Under the pieces are notes generated by a model that was not told where the DNA came from, made no database searches, and worked only from the letters and a program-made list of their open reading frames with translations. Below are positions 1-9,485 of a DNA stretch of 64,000 nucleotides, in pieces. Source of the DNA: Alphaproteobacteria bacterium (GTDB lineage Bacteria; Pseudomonadota; Alphaproteobacteria; Rickettsiales; SXRF01). The stretch spans positions 13,376-77,375 of the forward strand of contig JANRKF010000010.1 in NCBI GenBank assembly GCA_033763575.1. Direction: 5' to 3'. The translations under genes were made by a program, and so were the position numbers. Positions within the stretch are counted from its first letter, which is position 1; each line of letters begins with the position of its first letter.

Positions 1-161
1 AATTGTTCCAGGCCCGGCTCGTAAATCGGCATGATCTGCTGCTGCAAATGCGCGATCTTGTTCGCGTCTTTATCCACGCAGGTCACACGGAAGCCGTATT
101 CGGCAAAACACACGCCCGACACCAGCCCGACATAGCCTGTACCAATCACCGCGATCTGCAT
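1..161 (-). CDS. ugd: UDP-glucose 6-dehydrogenase, N-terminal part (runs off window start)
   Basis: Manual translation [32 protein letters not shown]...[10 protein letters not shown]; Rossmann GxGYVG and PIYEPGL motifs; adjacent to galU. Confidence 0.93.
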   Translation of the reverse strand, partial: MQIAVIGTGYVGLVSGVCFAEYGFRVTCVDKDANKIAHLQQQIMPIYEPGLEQ

Positions 162-162
162 C

Positions 163-1110
163 TTATTTTTTCACTCCCATACGTGCGAATACGGCATTCA
201 GCTCAGCCAGCACATCGCCGCGAATATCTTTCCTGCCCAGCGCATAGGCCACGTTGGCGGCGACATATCCCACCAACCCGCCGCAATCATAGCGCGTGCC
301 GTCGAACCTATAGCCATGGACATCCCAAAAATTTCGCGCAGGGTTGGCGTGGCGGCTGCGCGAATTTTTGGCGCTTATTAAGCTTGCAATCGCGTCGGTG
401 AGCTGGATTTCCCCGCCCGCACCGGGCTTCTGCTTCTCCAGTATATTGAAAATTTCCGGCTGGAGGATATAGCGGCCAATGATGGAAAGGGTCGAGGGCG
501 CCTCGACGGGCTGTGGTTTTTCCACCAGCCCTTTCGCCTTGACCAGCGCGGCTTTGCTTTGTTTTTTATCGGCGATATCAAGGATGCCGTAGCTCGCGGT
601 ATGCTCGCGAGGAATATCCATCACCCCGAGGATATTGCCGCCCGCCTTGCCATAGGCCTCCACCATCTGCTGCATGCAGGGCTTTTTGGCGTGCACCATG
701 TCATCCGCCAGAATGACCGCAAACGGCTCATCACCGACCAGATGGCGGGCGCACCACACGGCGTGGCCCAGCCCCAGCGGCTCCTGCTGCCGCACGAACA
801 CCAGGTTCCCCGGCTTCGGCAACCAATCGCTGGTAAGCTCCAGCTCACGGTGCTTTTCACGCTTGGAAAGCGTGCTTTGCAGCTCATGCACATGGTCGAA
901 ATGATCTTCAATCGCATGTTTGTTGCGGCCCGTAACGAAGATAAACTGCTCGATACCCGCCGCCCGCGCCTCTTCAAACGCGTAGTGAATCAGCGGTTTA
1001 TCAACGACCGGCAGCATCTCCTTGGGCATGGATTTGGTGGCCGGCAGGAAGCGCGTGCCAAGGCCTCCCACGGGGAATACGGCCTTGCGGATCTTGGGTG
1101 GTTTGCTCAT
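163..1110 (-). CDS. galU: UTP-glucose-1-phosphate uridylyltransferase
   Basis: [43 protein letters not shown] motifs; ATG at 1110 preferred over the upstream TTG. Confidence 0.96.
   Translation of the reverse strand: MSKPPKIRKAVFPVGGLGTRFLPATKSMPKEMLPVVDKPLIHYAFEEARAAGIEQFIFVTGRNKHAIEDHFDHVHELQSTLSKREKHRELELTSDWLPKPGNLVFVRQQEPLGLGHAVWCARHLVGDEPFAVILADDMVHAKKPCMQQMVEAYGKAGGNILGVMDIPREHTASYGILDIADKKQSKAALVKAKGLVEKPQPVEAPSTLSIIGRYILQPEIFNILEKQKPGAGGEIQLTDAIASLISAKNSRSRHANPARNFWDVHGYRFDGTRYDCGGLVGYVAANVAYALGRKDIRGDVLAELNAVFARMGVKK
325..371. repeat. 47-bp near-perfect inverted repeat inside galU
   Basis: ccaaaaatttcgcgcag...ctgcgcgaatttttgg (16/17-bp arms) encoding [16 protein letters not shown] between DAIASLIS and DVHGYRF. 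Confidence 0.75.
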
Positions 1111-1226
1111 AAGAAGGGCAGAGATGCCGCAAATAACGCCAAAAGTCAAAATATTACTGATACCCCTTGACAGATGGTTGGTTATGGCTATGTTTCCTGC
1201 CTCGAATTAATAAGGATACCCTCGCT

Positions 1227-1394
1227 ATGGCAAAGAAAAATATTGTGTTGATTAAACTGGTAAGCTCCGCCGACACCGGTTTTTATTATGTGGCAAAAAA
1301 GAATCCGAAAACCAAAACGGAAAAGCTCAATTTCCGCAAGTATGACCCGGTCGTGCGCAAGCATGTCGTGTTCAACGAAGCGAAAATTAAATAG
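1227..1394 (+). CDS. rpmG: 50S ribosomal protein L33
   Basis: [21 protein letters not shown]...[18 protein letters not shown]. Confidence 0.97.
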   Translation: MAKKNIVLIKLVSSADTGFYYVAKKNPKTKTEKLNFRKYDPVVRKHVVFNEAKIK

Positions 1395-1400
1395 CGCGCC

Positions 1401-1772
1401 ATGACGCAGCCCACCGGGACGACCTCCGAAATAAGCGCGCCGATTGCGGTCACGCCCGACCAGCTCACTGCCAATAAGATGGTGACGGACAACGTGCTCA
1501 TGCTCGCGATGCTGTTCGCGATCTTTTATTTCATCCTGATCCGCCCGCAGCAAAAACGCATCAGAATCCATAAAGACATGATCGGCGCGCTGGCCAAAGG
1601 CAACCGCGTTATCACCAGCGGCGGGCTGATCGGCACCATCACCAAATTTGAGGGCGATAACGTGGTGGTGATTGAAGTGGCGCAGGGCGTGAAGGTACGC
1701 ATCGCCAAGAGCGCCATCAGCGAAGTGACGGACGAAAAAATAAGCGCATCCGACAGTGCGAATGATAACTAG
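1401..1772 (+). CDS. yajC: preprotein translocase subunit YajC
   Basis: FYFILIRPQQKR, GNRVITSGGLIG motifs; upstream of secD. Confidence 0.95.
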   Translation: MTQPTGTTSEISAPIAVTPDQLTANKMVTDNVLMLAMLFAIFYFILIRPQQKRIRIHKDMIGALAKGNRVITSGGLIGTITKFEGDNVVVIEVAQGVKVRIAKSAISEVTDEKISASDSANDN

Positions 1773-1856
1773 GTTTCAGGTGACAGGAACAAGGTGACAG
1801 AGTATAAGTCACTACGTTCTTACCTGACACCTTCAACCGGACATCTGACACCTGCC
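1771..1856. repeat. heptamer-arm palindromic element, (AGGTGWC)n...(TGACACC)n family
   Basis: aggtttc aggtgac aggaaca aggtgac ... cctgaca ccttcaa ccggaca tctgaca cctgcc fills the yajC-secD spacer. Confidence 0.8.
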
Positions 1857-1858
1857 TT

Positions 1859-3421
1859 ATGCTCCACTTCCCCACCTGGAAAATTGCGCTCATCAGCCTC
1901 ACCTGCTTCATTTTCGTATGGCTGGCGATTCCGAGCCTGATGAGTGAATCGACACGCAACCGGCTCCCGTCATGGATGCCGCATCAGGCCGTGAATCTGG
2001 GGCTGGACCTGCAGGGTGGCTCGCACCTGCTGCTGGAGGTGGATTTCGATACCTATGTGCGCGAGCAGGTAAACAGCCTGACCGAGGAAGTACGCGGCAT
2101 ATTGCGCGAGGAGAAAATCGGCTACCGGGCGTTGTCGGCCAGCAACGGCAAGGTGAGTTTCGCCCTGCGCGAAGCGCCCACACAGGATATTGCAGAGTTG
2201 TTGCAAAATAAAAACCCCGATCTTGAAGTCGCGCAGGACGGCGTGGCCTATGTCGTGAGCTTCAACGAGTCATGGTATAAAAACAGCCGCCAGCGGGTGA
2301 TTGAGCAATCACTTGAAATCGTCCAGCGCCGCATTGATGAAACCGGCACCAAAGAACCCATTATTCAGCGCCAGGGCGAGGAGCGCATCGTGGTGCAGGT
2401 TCCCGGCGAGGCCGACCCTGCGCATGTGAAGTCCCTGCTCGGTAAAACCGCAAAGATGACGTTCCACCTGCTGGATGAGAGCGTCACCCCTGAAGAGATG
2501 GAAAGCGGCGTGGCCCCGATTGGCGTGCGTATTATCCAGGGCGATGGCGCCGATATGCAGAAATACCCGGTGCGTGTGCGCGTGGAGCTCTCCGGCGATT
2601 TGCTGGTCGATGCCCATACCACCTACGATCAGCAAAGCGGAGAGCCGGTGGTGGCGTTCCGTTTCAACAATGCCGGGGCGCGCAGGTTCGGCGAGATCAC
2701 GTCTGAGAATGTCGGAAAACCGTTTGCCATTGTGCTTGATAACAAGGTGATTACCGCCCCCGTCATCCGCTCGCCGATCATCGGCGGCAGCGGAATTATT
2801 TCCGGTAATTTTACCACCGAGTCGGCGAACGACCTCTCGCTGCTGCTGCGCGCCGGCGCCCTGCCCGCGCCGCTTAGAATCATCGAGGAACGCTCGGTCG
2901 GCCCAAGCCTCGGCCAGGATTCGATTGAAGCCGGAACGCTTGCCTCCATTATTGCCATTGGGCTCGTGGTAATTTTCATGGTGCTGTTTTATGGGCTGTT
3001 TGGGTTGTTCGCAGACGTGGCGATGATCATCAACGCCTTCATGACGCTGACGCTGCTATCGTTGTTCGACGCGACGCTGACGCTTCCCGGCATCGCCGGC
3101 ATTGTGCTCACCGTCGGCATGGCGGTGGATGCGAACGTGCTGATCTATGAGCGCATGCGCGAAGAAATGCGGAATGGAAAATCGGCATTCGCCGCGGTGG
3201 AAGACGGTTTTCGGATGGCGTTCGGCACCATTTTCGATAGCCACGTCACCACCCTCTCCGCCGCGCTCATCCTCTATGCCTACGGCACCGGCACGGTCAA
3301 AGGCTTCGCGGTGACGCTCTCCATCGGCATCGTCTGCTCGCTGTTTACCGCGGTACTCGTCACCCGCATGATGGTGGCGCTTTATATGCTGAAACGCCGC
3401 CCCAAATTACTGCCGATTTAG
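1859..3421 (+). CDS. secD: protein translocase subunit SecD
   Basis: NLGLDLQGG, RRIDETGTKEP, LRAGALPA, VGMAVDANVLIYER motifs. Confidence 0.97.
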   Translation: MLHFPTWKIALISLTCFIFVWLAIPSLMSESTRNRLPSWMPHQAVNLGLDLQGGSHLLLEVDFDTYVREQVNSLTEEVRGILREEKIGYRALSASNGKVSFALREAPTQDIAELLQNKNPDLEVAQDGVAYVVSFNESWYKNSRQRVIEQSLEIVQRRIDETGTKEPIIQRQGEERIVVQVPGEADPAHVKSLLGKTAKMTFHLLDESVTPEEMESGVAPIGVRIIQGDGADMQKYPVRVRVELSGDLLVDAHTTYDQQSGEPVVAFRFNNAGARRFGEITSENVGKPFAIVLDNKVITAPVIRSPIIGGSGIISGNFTTESANDLSLLLRAGALPAPLRIIEERSVGPSLGQDSIEAGTLASIIAIGLVVIFMVLFYGLFGLFADVAMIINAFMTLTLLSLFDATLTLPGIAGIVLTVGMAVDANVLIYERMREEMRNGKSAFAAVEDGFRMAFGTIFDSHVTTLSAALILYAYGTGTVKGFAVTLSIGIVCSLFTAVLVTRMMVALYMLKRRPKLLPI

Positions 3422-3424
3422 AGC

Positions 3425-3799
3425 ATGGACATCACTCCCGTCATCCACAAAGGCAGGCAGAGCATCACCGGCTACGGCGACGGAAAATTCAGGATCGGCG
3501 GCGAGGATTATTTTACGTCGGTGCTGGTGTTTCCGGACCGCGTGGTGGAGTGGGTGATTGCGCCCGGCGCGCCGATTACGCTTGAAAACCTGCAGGTCGT
3601 GCTGGAGGAAGAAGGCGAGATCGATTTAGTGCTGATCGGCTGCGGCAAGCGCCAAGACATTCTCCCGCCGATTATCAGGAACGAGCTCAAAGAGGTGGGC
3701 ATCGCGATGGAAGTGATGGATACCGGCGCCGCCTGCCGCACCTATAACGTGTTGCTGTCGGAGGGCCGCCGGGTCGCCGCTGCGCTGATCGCGGTGTGA
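3425..3799 (+). CDS. Mth938-like (DUF498) protein
   Basis: ITGYGDG, LIGCG, EVMDTGAACRTYNVLLSEGRRVAAALI. Confidence 0.92.
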   Translation: MDITPVIHKGRQSITGYGDGKFRIGGEDYFTSVLVFPDRVVEWVIAPGAPITLENLQVVLEEEGEIDLVLIGCGKRQDILPPIIRNELKEVGIAMEVMDTGAACRTYNVLLSEGRRVAAALIAV

Positions 3800-4264
3800 T
3801 TAAGCGAATGGATTCGTGTTTGGACCACGCGCTTGCTGCTGCGCATTGTTCAACGCTTGTGATGGCAATTGGCCGAGCTGCGCTAATGCAGGTATACCGG
3901 CCACTTTCGATATTTCTCTGACTGTCAACTGCGTGACAATCGCCATATCGTTCACAGCCTTAGCCGCCCCATTGGCCGCAGCGATGGCGTGTTCAGCAAC
4001 CTCGGAAGTCAAACCCAATTTGTGCACAATCGTCTGCACCATCAACTCAATATTGCGTTGCACTTGCTCGGCAGCAAGCGCTGGGTTTTGTGCCCCTTCT
4101 GAAGATTTTTGTTCGCCGCCCAACGTGCGGTTCATACCCTGACCTTGACCCGCTCCGGAGGCGCTGCTCGCCGTAGAAGAGGCAGGTCTAGGCTCGCCAC
4201 CACTCGTCGTGGCGCTGTCCGAGTCTGTATTGTCTGATTTTTTGACGGAATCATTCATGCTCAC
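3800..4264 (-). CDS. orphan hypothetical protein with Ser/Gly/Ala-rich N-terminus
   Basis: 154-aa ORF exactly filling the gap, with its own upstream promoter-like region. Confidence 0.7.
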   Translation of the reverse strand: MSMNDSVKKSDNTDSDSATTSGGEPRPASSTASSASGAGQGQGMNRTLGGEQKSSEGAQNPALAAEQVQRNIELMVQTIVHKLGLTSEVAEHAIAAANGAAKAVNDMAIVTQLTVREISKVAGIPALAQLGQLPSQALNNAQQQARGPNTNPFA

Positions 4265-4292
4265 ATCCTACCATACTCCCAGCGCGGATTGT

Positions 4293-4310
4293 GTGAATAT
4301 TTGATGACAG
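4293..4310 (-). promoter_or_regulatory. Pho-box-like 11-bp direct repeat
   Basis: Minus strand CTGTCAT-caaa-TATTCAC, 17 nt above TATGGT. Confidence 0.45.
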
Positions 4311-4392
4311 TCGGATGAAGAGCGCCAGAATCACTCGATATATATATTATTTATCAATATATTATGCCCCCCATCCTATAACTTGTGTACCC

Positions 4393-4407
4393 ATAATATT
4401 TTCTTAA
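4393..4407 (+). promoter_or_regulatory. CtrA-like box upstream of the pilin gene
   Basis: ATAA-tattttc-TTAA, 11 nt above -10-like TAGACT. Confidence 0.5.
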
Positions 4408-4455
4408 GGTTGATGCTGTAGACTTAGTGGGCAGAGTGTTAAACAGGGACTGAAT

Positions 4456-5274
4456 ATGCGGCGACAGGGGTTTACACTGATAGAACTAAGCATCGTCCTC
4501 GTAATTATAGGATTGCTGGTGGGTGGTGTGATGGTCGGTCAAAGCCTGATACGCGCCTCGGAAATGCGTTCCGTTATTACCGAAATCAACCAGTATAAAT
4601 CTGTGTTTTACGCCTTCAGGGATAAATTCAACGCACTGCCGGGCGACATGAGAAACGCAGAGAATTTTTGGGGCGAAATCGACCCCGACCCTGAAACATG
4701 CCGCACAACACTCGGCACCGGAACCCAAACCTGCAACGGGGATGGCAACGGCAAAATCACCGGCTACCCCGGCGGCGGCACCGAGGTATTCCGGGTGTGG
4801 CAACACATATCCAATGCGCAGCTCCTGCCTGTCATTTACACTGGCGTCACCGGCCCTGATAGTGCCCATTATGACGGCGAGCTTGGTAAGAATATTCCTG
4901 CATCACGCATTAGCGGCACCGGTTACAGCATCTATTATTGGGGCATTCAGGGCGTAGATTTCCCGAACGGACAAAGCTGGGCAGTGGTCTATCCCGGAGT
5001 GCAAGTTATTTTTCCTGGGATTGATTACGGCAACGCCATCATTTTTGGCCAATACGTTAATAATAGCTTTACCACAGGTGCCACGCTGACCCCGAATGAA
5101 GCGCATAGTATCGATATCAAATTTGATGACGGCTTTGCAGGCAAAGGGAAAGTGACTCCGTTCACTAATGATTTTCGCGATACGAACTGCACAACCACTT
5201 CCGACAATTCCGCAGAATATGATGGAAGTTATGACGCGATAGGATGTTCATTGCTGTTCATCACCGGGTTCTAG
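4456..5274 (+). CDS. type IV prepilin-like protein (N-terminal cleavage/methylation motif)
   Basis: RRQG/FTLIELSIVLVIIGLLVGG class III signal; ALPGDM; C-terminal Cys pair. Confidence 0.88.
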   Translation: MRRQGFTLIELSIVLVIIGLLVGGVMVGQSLIRASEMRSVITEINQYKSVFYAFRDKFNALPGDMRNAENFWGEIDPDPETCRTTLGTGTQTCNGDGNGKITGYPGGGTEVFRVWQHISNAQLLPVIYTGVTGPDSAHYDGELGKNIPASRISGTGYSIYYWGIQGVDFPNGQSWAVVYPGVQVIFPGIDYGNAIIFGQYVNNSFTTGATLTPNEAHSIDIKFDDGFAGKGKVTPFTNDFRDTNCTTTSDNSAEYDGSYDAIGCSLLFITGF

Positions 5275-5597
5275 CCAGTAATTTTTGTAAAGAAGCAGGT
5301 CTTTTCGCCGGTATGGCAGGCCGGGCCTTGCTGTTTGACCGCAAGCAGGAGCGTATCGGCGTCGCAATCCACATAAAATTCCACCAGTTCCTGGGTGTGG
5401 CCGCTGATCTCGCCCTTGCGCCACAAGGCCTTGCGGGAACGCGACCAATAGGTGACCTGCCGGGTTGCAAGCGTCTTTTCCACGGCCTCGCGGTTCATCC
5501 ATGCGAGCATCAGCACGGCGCCGCTGCTGCTATCCACCGCAATGGCCGGAATCAGGCCATCCTGGTTAAACGTGAGGGTAGACGGGTCAAATTTCAT
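5271..5597 (-). CDS. hisI: phosphoribosyl-AMP cyclohydrolase
   Basis: YWSRSR..LWRKGEISG, DCDADTLL, ACHTG..TCF. Confidence 0.95.
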   Translation of the reverse strand: MKFDPSTLTFNQDGLIPAIAVDSSSGAVLMLAWMNREAVEKTLATRQVTYWSRSRKALWRKGEISGHTQELVEFYVDCDADTLLLAVKQQGPACHTGEKTCFFTKITG

Positions 5598-5617
5598 AGG
5601 CTACATCTTTCGTTCGC

Positions 5618-6340
5618 ATGAAAGACAGTCTAATCAAAGCCACCTCGCTTAGCAAATCATTCCACGGCCAACGGGTGGTGGAGAGCGTGAGCCTGTCGCT
5701 TAAGCCCGGCGAGATTATGACGATCATCGGCCCGAACGGCAGCGGCAAAACGACACTCATCAAATTACTGCTGGGATTGGAAACACCGGATACCGGCAGC
5801 GTGACCCGCAAGGAAAAATTGCGCGTTGGCTATGTGCCGCAGAAACTACAGCTCTCGCGTGTGCTGCCGGTCACTGCGGAGTGGTTTTTGCGACTTAGTT
5901 GTCATCCCGGCGAAGGCCGGGATGACACGTTAAAAGAAATCACCTCCGAACTCGGCATCGATAACTGCCTGCATAAATCCGTGCATACGCTCTCCGGCGG
6001 TGAGATGCAGCGGTTGTTGCTGGCACGCGCACTGCTTGCACAGCCGGAACTGCTGGTGCTGGATGAACCGGCGCAGGGGGTAGACGTCACCGGGCAGGCC
6101 GAGCTGTATGCGCTCATCGCCCGCGTCAGCCGCCAGCGCGGTTCCGCCGTGCTGATGGTGTCGCATGATCTGCACCTGGTCATGTCCGCCACCGATCATG
6201 TCATCTGCCTGAACCACCATATCTGCTGCGAAGGGCACCCGCATTCGGTGCAGGACGACCCGGCATTCACTGAGCTTTTCGGCAAGCGCGTCGCCAATGA
6301 ACTGGCCGTCTACACCCACCACCACGATCACAACCATTAG
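5618..6340 (+). CDS. znuC: zinc ABC transporter ATP-binding protein
   Basis: GPNGSGKT, LSGGE, LDEP, SHDL..V, CLNHHICCEG, His-rich tail. Confidence 0.92.
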   Translation: MKDSLIKATSLSKSFHGQRVVESVSLSLKPGEIMTIIGPNGSGKTTLIKLLLGLETPDTGSVTRKEKLRVGYVPQKLQLSRVLPVTAEWFLRLSCHPGEGRDDTLKEITSELGIDNCLHKSVHTLSGGEMQRLLLARALLAQPELLVLDEPAQGVDVTGQAELYALIARVSRQRGSAVLMVSHDLHLVMSATDHVICLNHHICCEGHPHSVQDDPAFTELFGKRVANELAVYTHHHDHNH

Positions 6341-6437
6341 TGGTTTCTAGGTTGCTTAGTTGCTAGGTTGCTTGGTAAGAAAGACGAGTAACTCCAAAGC
6401 TGACCTAGAAACCTAGAAACCCAGAAACTCAGAGACC
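6341..6437. repeat. octamer-arm palindromic element (TAGGTTKC)n...(ACCTAGAA)n
   Basis: tggtttct aggttgct tagttgct aggttgct ... acctagaa acctagaa acccagaa actcagag fills the znuC-znuB spacer. Confidence 0.78.
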
Positions 6438-6442
6438 ATCTT

Positions 6443-7225
6443 ATGGACCCTTTCATCCTCCACGCCTGGCTCGCAGGGCTGGGCATTGCGCTGGCGAGCG
6501 CGCCGGTGGGCTGTTTTATCGCCTGGCAGCGGCTGGTTTATTTCGGCGATACGGTGGCGCACGCGGCGCTGCTCGGCGTCGTGTTGGGGCTGGTTTTTGG
6601 CGCTTCTCCTGCCATCGGCATCATTTTTATGGCCGTGATGATTGCGCTGCTGGTCGCTTCGCTTTCGGATGATTTCCTGCTGCCGTCCGACACGCTGCTG
6701 GGCATTCTTGCCCACGCGTCACTGGCGCTGGGCCTGGTGATTTTATCGCAATCGCCGTCGATCACGCTGGATGTGAACGGCCTGCTCTTCGGTGATATTC
6801 TTGCGGCAAACCAGCAGGATTTAAGGATGATTTTCGCGCTGGCGGCGAGCGTGACACTGCTTCTCGGAGCGTGCTGGAAGCCGCTGATGCGTTTCGTGCT
6901 GCATGCCGATATCGCGCAGGTGGAGGGTGTGAATACGCGCCGGATCCGCCTGATGCTGATGCTGCTCATCGCGCTGGTGGTCGCCGTATCGATCAAGCTG
7001 GTGGGCATTCTTCTCATCACCTCGCTGCTGATCTTACCGGCAGCGGCGGCGCGTTTGCTCGCCCGGTCGCCCGGACAGATGGCAATCATCGCCACCCTCC
7101 TCAGCATGGGGGCGGTGACGTTGGGGCTTGCCGCCTCGCTGCATTTCGATACGCCGACCGGGCCAAGCATCATCCTTTCGGCGCTCGCCATATTGATGAT
7201 GCTGGCATTGGTGAGACGGTCGTAA
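6443..7225 (+). CDS. znuB: zinc ABC transporter permease
   Basis: YFGDTVAHAALLG, LLFGDIL, IKLVGILLITSLLILPA. Confidence 0.92.
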   Translation: MDPFILHAWLAGLGIALASAPVGCFIAWQRLVYFGDTVAHAALLGVVLGLVFGASPAIGIIFMAVMIALLVASLSDDFLLPSDTLLGILAHASLALGLVILSQSPSITLDVNGLLFGDILAANQQDLRMIFALAASVTLLLGACWKPLMRFVLHADIAQVEGVNTRRIRLMLMLLIALVVAVSIKLVGILLITSLLILPAAAARLLARSPGQMAIIATLLSMGAVTLGLAASLHFDTPTGPSIILSALAILMMLALVRRS

Positions 7226-7267
7226 GTTATTATGATTTTATTTACCAAGCTGGTATAGTTAAGGCCT

Positions 7268-8602
7268 ATGACAAAAAAATTATTCGGAACCGATGGTATT
7301 CGTGGCCGCGCCGGGGAATTCCCGATGACGCCGGAAATGGCGCTCAAAGTGGGTATGGCGGCGGGCCTGCAATTCATGCGCGGGGCGCACCGCCACCGCG
7401 TGGTGATTGCCAAGGATACCCGCCTTTCCGGGTATATGATCGAAACGGCGATGACCAGCGGCTTTATCGCGGTGGGGATGGATGTGGTGCTGGTCGGGCC
7501 GATGCCGACGCCGGCGGTGGCCATGCTGGTGAAATCCCTGCGCGCCGATATGGGGGTGATGATTTCCGCCTCGCATAATCCTTACTACGATAACGGCATC
7601 AAACTCTTCGGGCCCGATGGCTATAAGCTTTCCGACAAAACCGAGGCCGCCATCGAAAAAGCGATTGAGCAGGACAGCCTCAAAACCGCCAGCGCCAAGA
7701 AACTTGGCCGCGCACGCAGGCTGGATGACGCGCAGGGCCGCTATATCGAATTCGCCAAGGCCACCTTCCCGAAAGAATTGACGCTGGATGGCCTGAAAAT
7801 CGTCGTCGATTGCGCCCACGGCGCGGCCTATCAGGTGGCACCGCTTATTTTCCGCGAGCTGGGGGCGGAAGTGATGCCCATCGGCGTGCAGCCGAACGGC
7901 ACGAATATCAATGAGGAATGCGGCTCCACCTCCACCGACATGATGTGCGAGATGGTGCGGCGCGCAGGGGCCGACATCGGCATCGCGCTGGATGGCGACG
8001 CCGACCGCGTCATCATTTGCGATGAAGACGGGCAGGTCCTCGACGGCGACCAGGTGATGGCGGTGATTGCCACGCTGTGCAAGAAAAACGGCACGCTGAA
8101 AGGCGCGGGCATTGTCGCCACCCAGATGTCGAATATGGCGCTGGAGCTTTATTTGCAGAAGATCGGGCTGACATTTGTGCGCACCAAAGTCGGCGACCGC
8201 TATGTGGTCGAGGGAATGCGCGAGGGCGGCTATAATATCGGCGGCGAGCAATCCGGCCACATCATCATGAGCGATTATACCACCACCGGCGATGGCATCA
8301 TCGCCGCGCTTCAAGTGCTCGCCTATATGCGTGCAAGCAAAAAACCTCTGAGCGTGTGCGGCAATCTATTCACCCCGATGCCGCAATTGCTGCGTAACGT
8401 ATCGTACAAAGGCAAATCGCCGCTTGATAAACCGGAGGTCAAAAAAGCCGTGGCCGCCGCCGAGAAAACGCTGGCGGGCAAGGGCCGCGTTTTCATCCGC
8501 GCATCGGGCACCGAGCCGCTTATCCGCGTGATGGCTGAGGGCGAAGATGCGGCGCTGGTGGGGGAGATGGTGGAAAAGATTTGTAAGGTGCTCCGTGCCT
8601 GA
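7268..8602 (+). CDS. glmM: phosphoglucosamine mutase
   Basis: [38 protein letters not shown]. Confidence 0.97.
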   Translation: MTKKLFGTDGIRGRAGEFPMTPEMALKVGMAAGLQFMRGAHRHRVVIAKDTRLSGYMIETAMTSGFIAVGMDVVLVGPMPTPAVAMLVKSLRADMGVMISASHNPYYDNGIKLFGPDGYKLSDKTEAAIEKAIEQDSLKTASAKKLGRARRLDDAQGRYIEFAKATFPKELTLDGLKIVVDCAHGAAYQVAPLIFRELGAEVMPIGVQPNGTNINEECGSTSTDMMCEMVRRAGADIGIALDGDADRVIICDEDGQVLDGDQVMAVIATLCKKNGTLKGAGIVATQMSNMALELYLQKIGLTFVRTKVGDRYVVEGMREGGYNIGGEQSGHIIMSDYTTTGDGIIAALQVLAYMRASKKPLSVCGNLFTPMPQLLRNVSYKGKSPLDKPEVKKAVAAAEKTLAGKGRVFIRASGTEPLIRVMAEGEDAALVGEMVEKICKVLRA

Positions 8603-9419
8603 GACCATTGGCAGGGTGCTGATTATTGCCGGCTCTGATTCCGGCGGCGGCGCGGGCATACAGGGCGACATTAAAACCGTAACCTGCCTCGGCGGCTATG
8701 CAAGCACCGCGATCACAGCGCTCACCGCGCAAAACACAATGGGCGTCTTCGGTATTCACGAGGTGCCGGATGCGTTTATCGCACAGCAGATCGAGCTGGT
8801 GCTTTCCGATATCGGCGCCGACTGCATCAAGATCGGCATGCTGCACAAGACAAGTGTGATAGAGACGATTTATAATACGCTTTACCGAGTACCGAGTACC
8901 GAGTACCGAGTACCGTTAGTGCTGGATACGGTGATGTTTGCCAAGGGCGGAGCGCCGCTTCTGCAGCCGGATGCGGTGGATGCGCTAAAAAAATTACTCA
9001 TCCCGCGCGCGCTAGTTATCACGCCGAACATTCCGGAGGCGGAACATTTGACCGGCCTGAAAATCGCGACAGTGGATGACATGAAAAATGCCGCGCAGCA
9101 ATTACTGTCGCTTGGCGCGAACGCGGTGCTGCTCAAGGGCGGGCACGCGACAGGTGATGTCGTCACCGATATCCTGCTCTGCGATGGCGAGGCCGTTTTA
9201 CTCACTTCACCGCGCATCGATACGCCGCACACCCATGGCACCGGCTGCACCTACGCCTCGGCGATTGCCACCGGCATCGCGCAGGGATTGGCGCTCAAGG
9301 AAGCCGTTCTGCGGGCGCATGATTATGTCATGGAGGCGATAAGGAACGCCCCGGGCCTCGGCCATGGCCACGGTCCGCTGGGACACAACCACCTGTTATC
9401 TGTTAGGAGAGGCGAGTAG
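8595..9419 (+). CDS. thiD: hydroxymethylpyrimidine/phosphomethylpyrimidine kinase
   Basis: [40 protein letters not shown]; GTG start overlapping the glmM end. Confidence 0.95.
   Translation: MPETIGRVLIIAGSDSGGGAGIQGDIKTVTCLGGYASTAITALTAQNTMGVFGIHEVPDAFIAQQIELVLSDIGADCIKIGMLHKTSVIETIYNTLYRVPSTEYRVPLVLDTVMFAKGGAPLLQPDAVDALKKLLIPRALVITPNIPEAEHLTGLKIATVDDMKNAAQQLLSLGANAVLLKGGHATGDVVTDILLCDGEAVLLTSPRIDTPHTHGTGCTYASAIATGIAQGLALKEAVLRAHDYVMEAIRNAPGLGHGHGPLGHNHLLSVRRGE
8883..8915 (+). repeat. perfect tandem heptamer (TACCGAG)x4 + TACCG inside thiD
   Basis: Read directly from the sequence; encodes [11 protein letters not shown]. Confidence 0.9.
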
Positions 9420-9485
9420 CGCCGAACCAGCCCTGAGCCAGCCTCATGGGACGCGCAGTAGCGCGTACCGGAGGCAACTATAAAA

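Noticed and set aside
8500-8600. TPP riboswitch upstream of thiD
   Set aside because: thiD overlaps the glmM end; no leader space and no riboswitch motif.
9420-9485. Small hairpin acgcgcagtagcgcgt between thiD and the convergent orphan
   Set aside because: Single copy in the window and no U-tract; cannot be assigned to a family or called a terminator.
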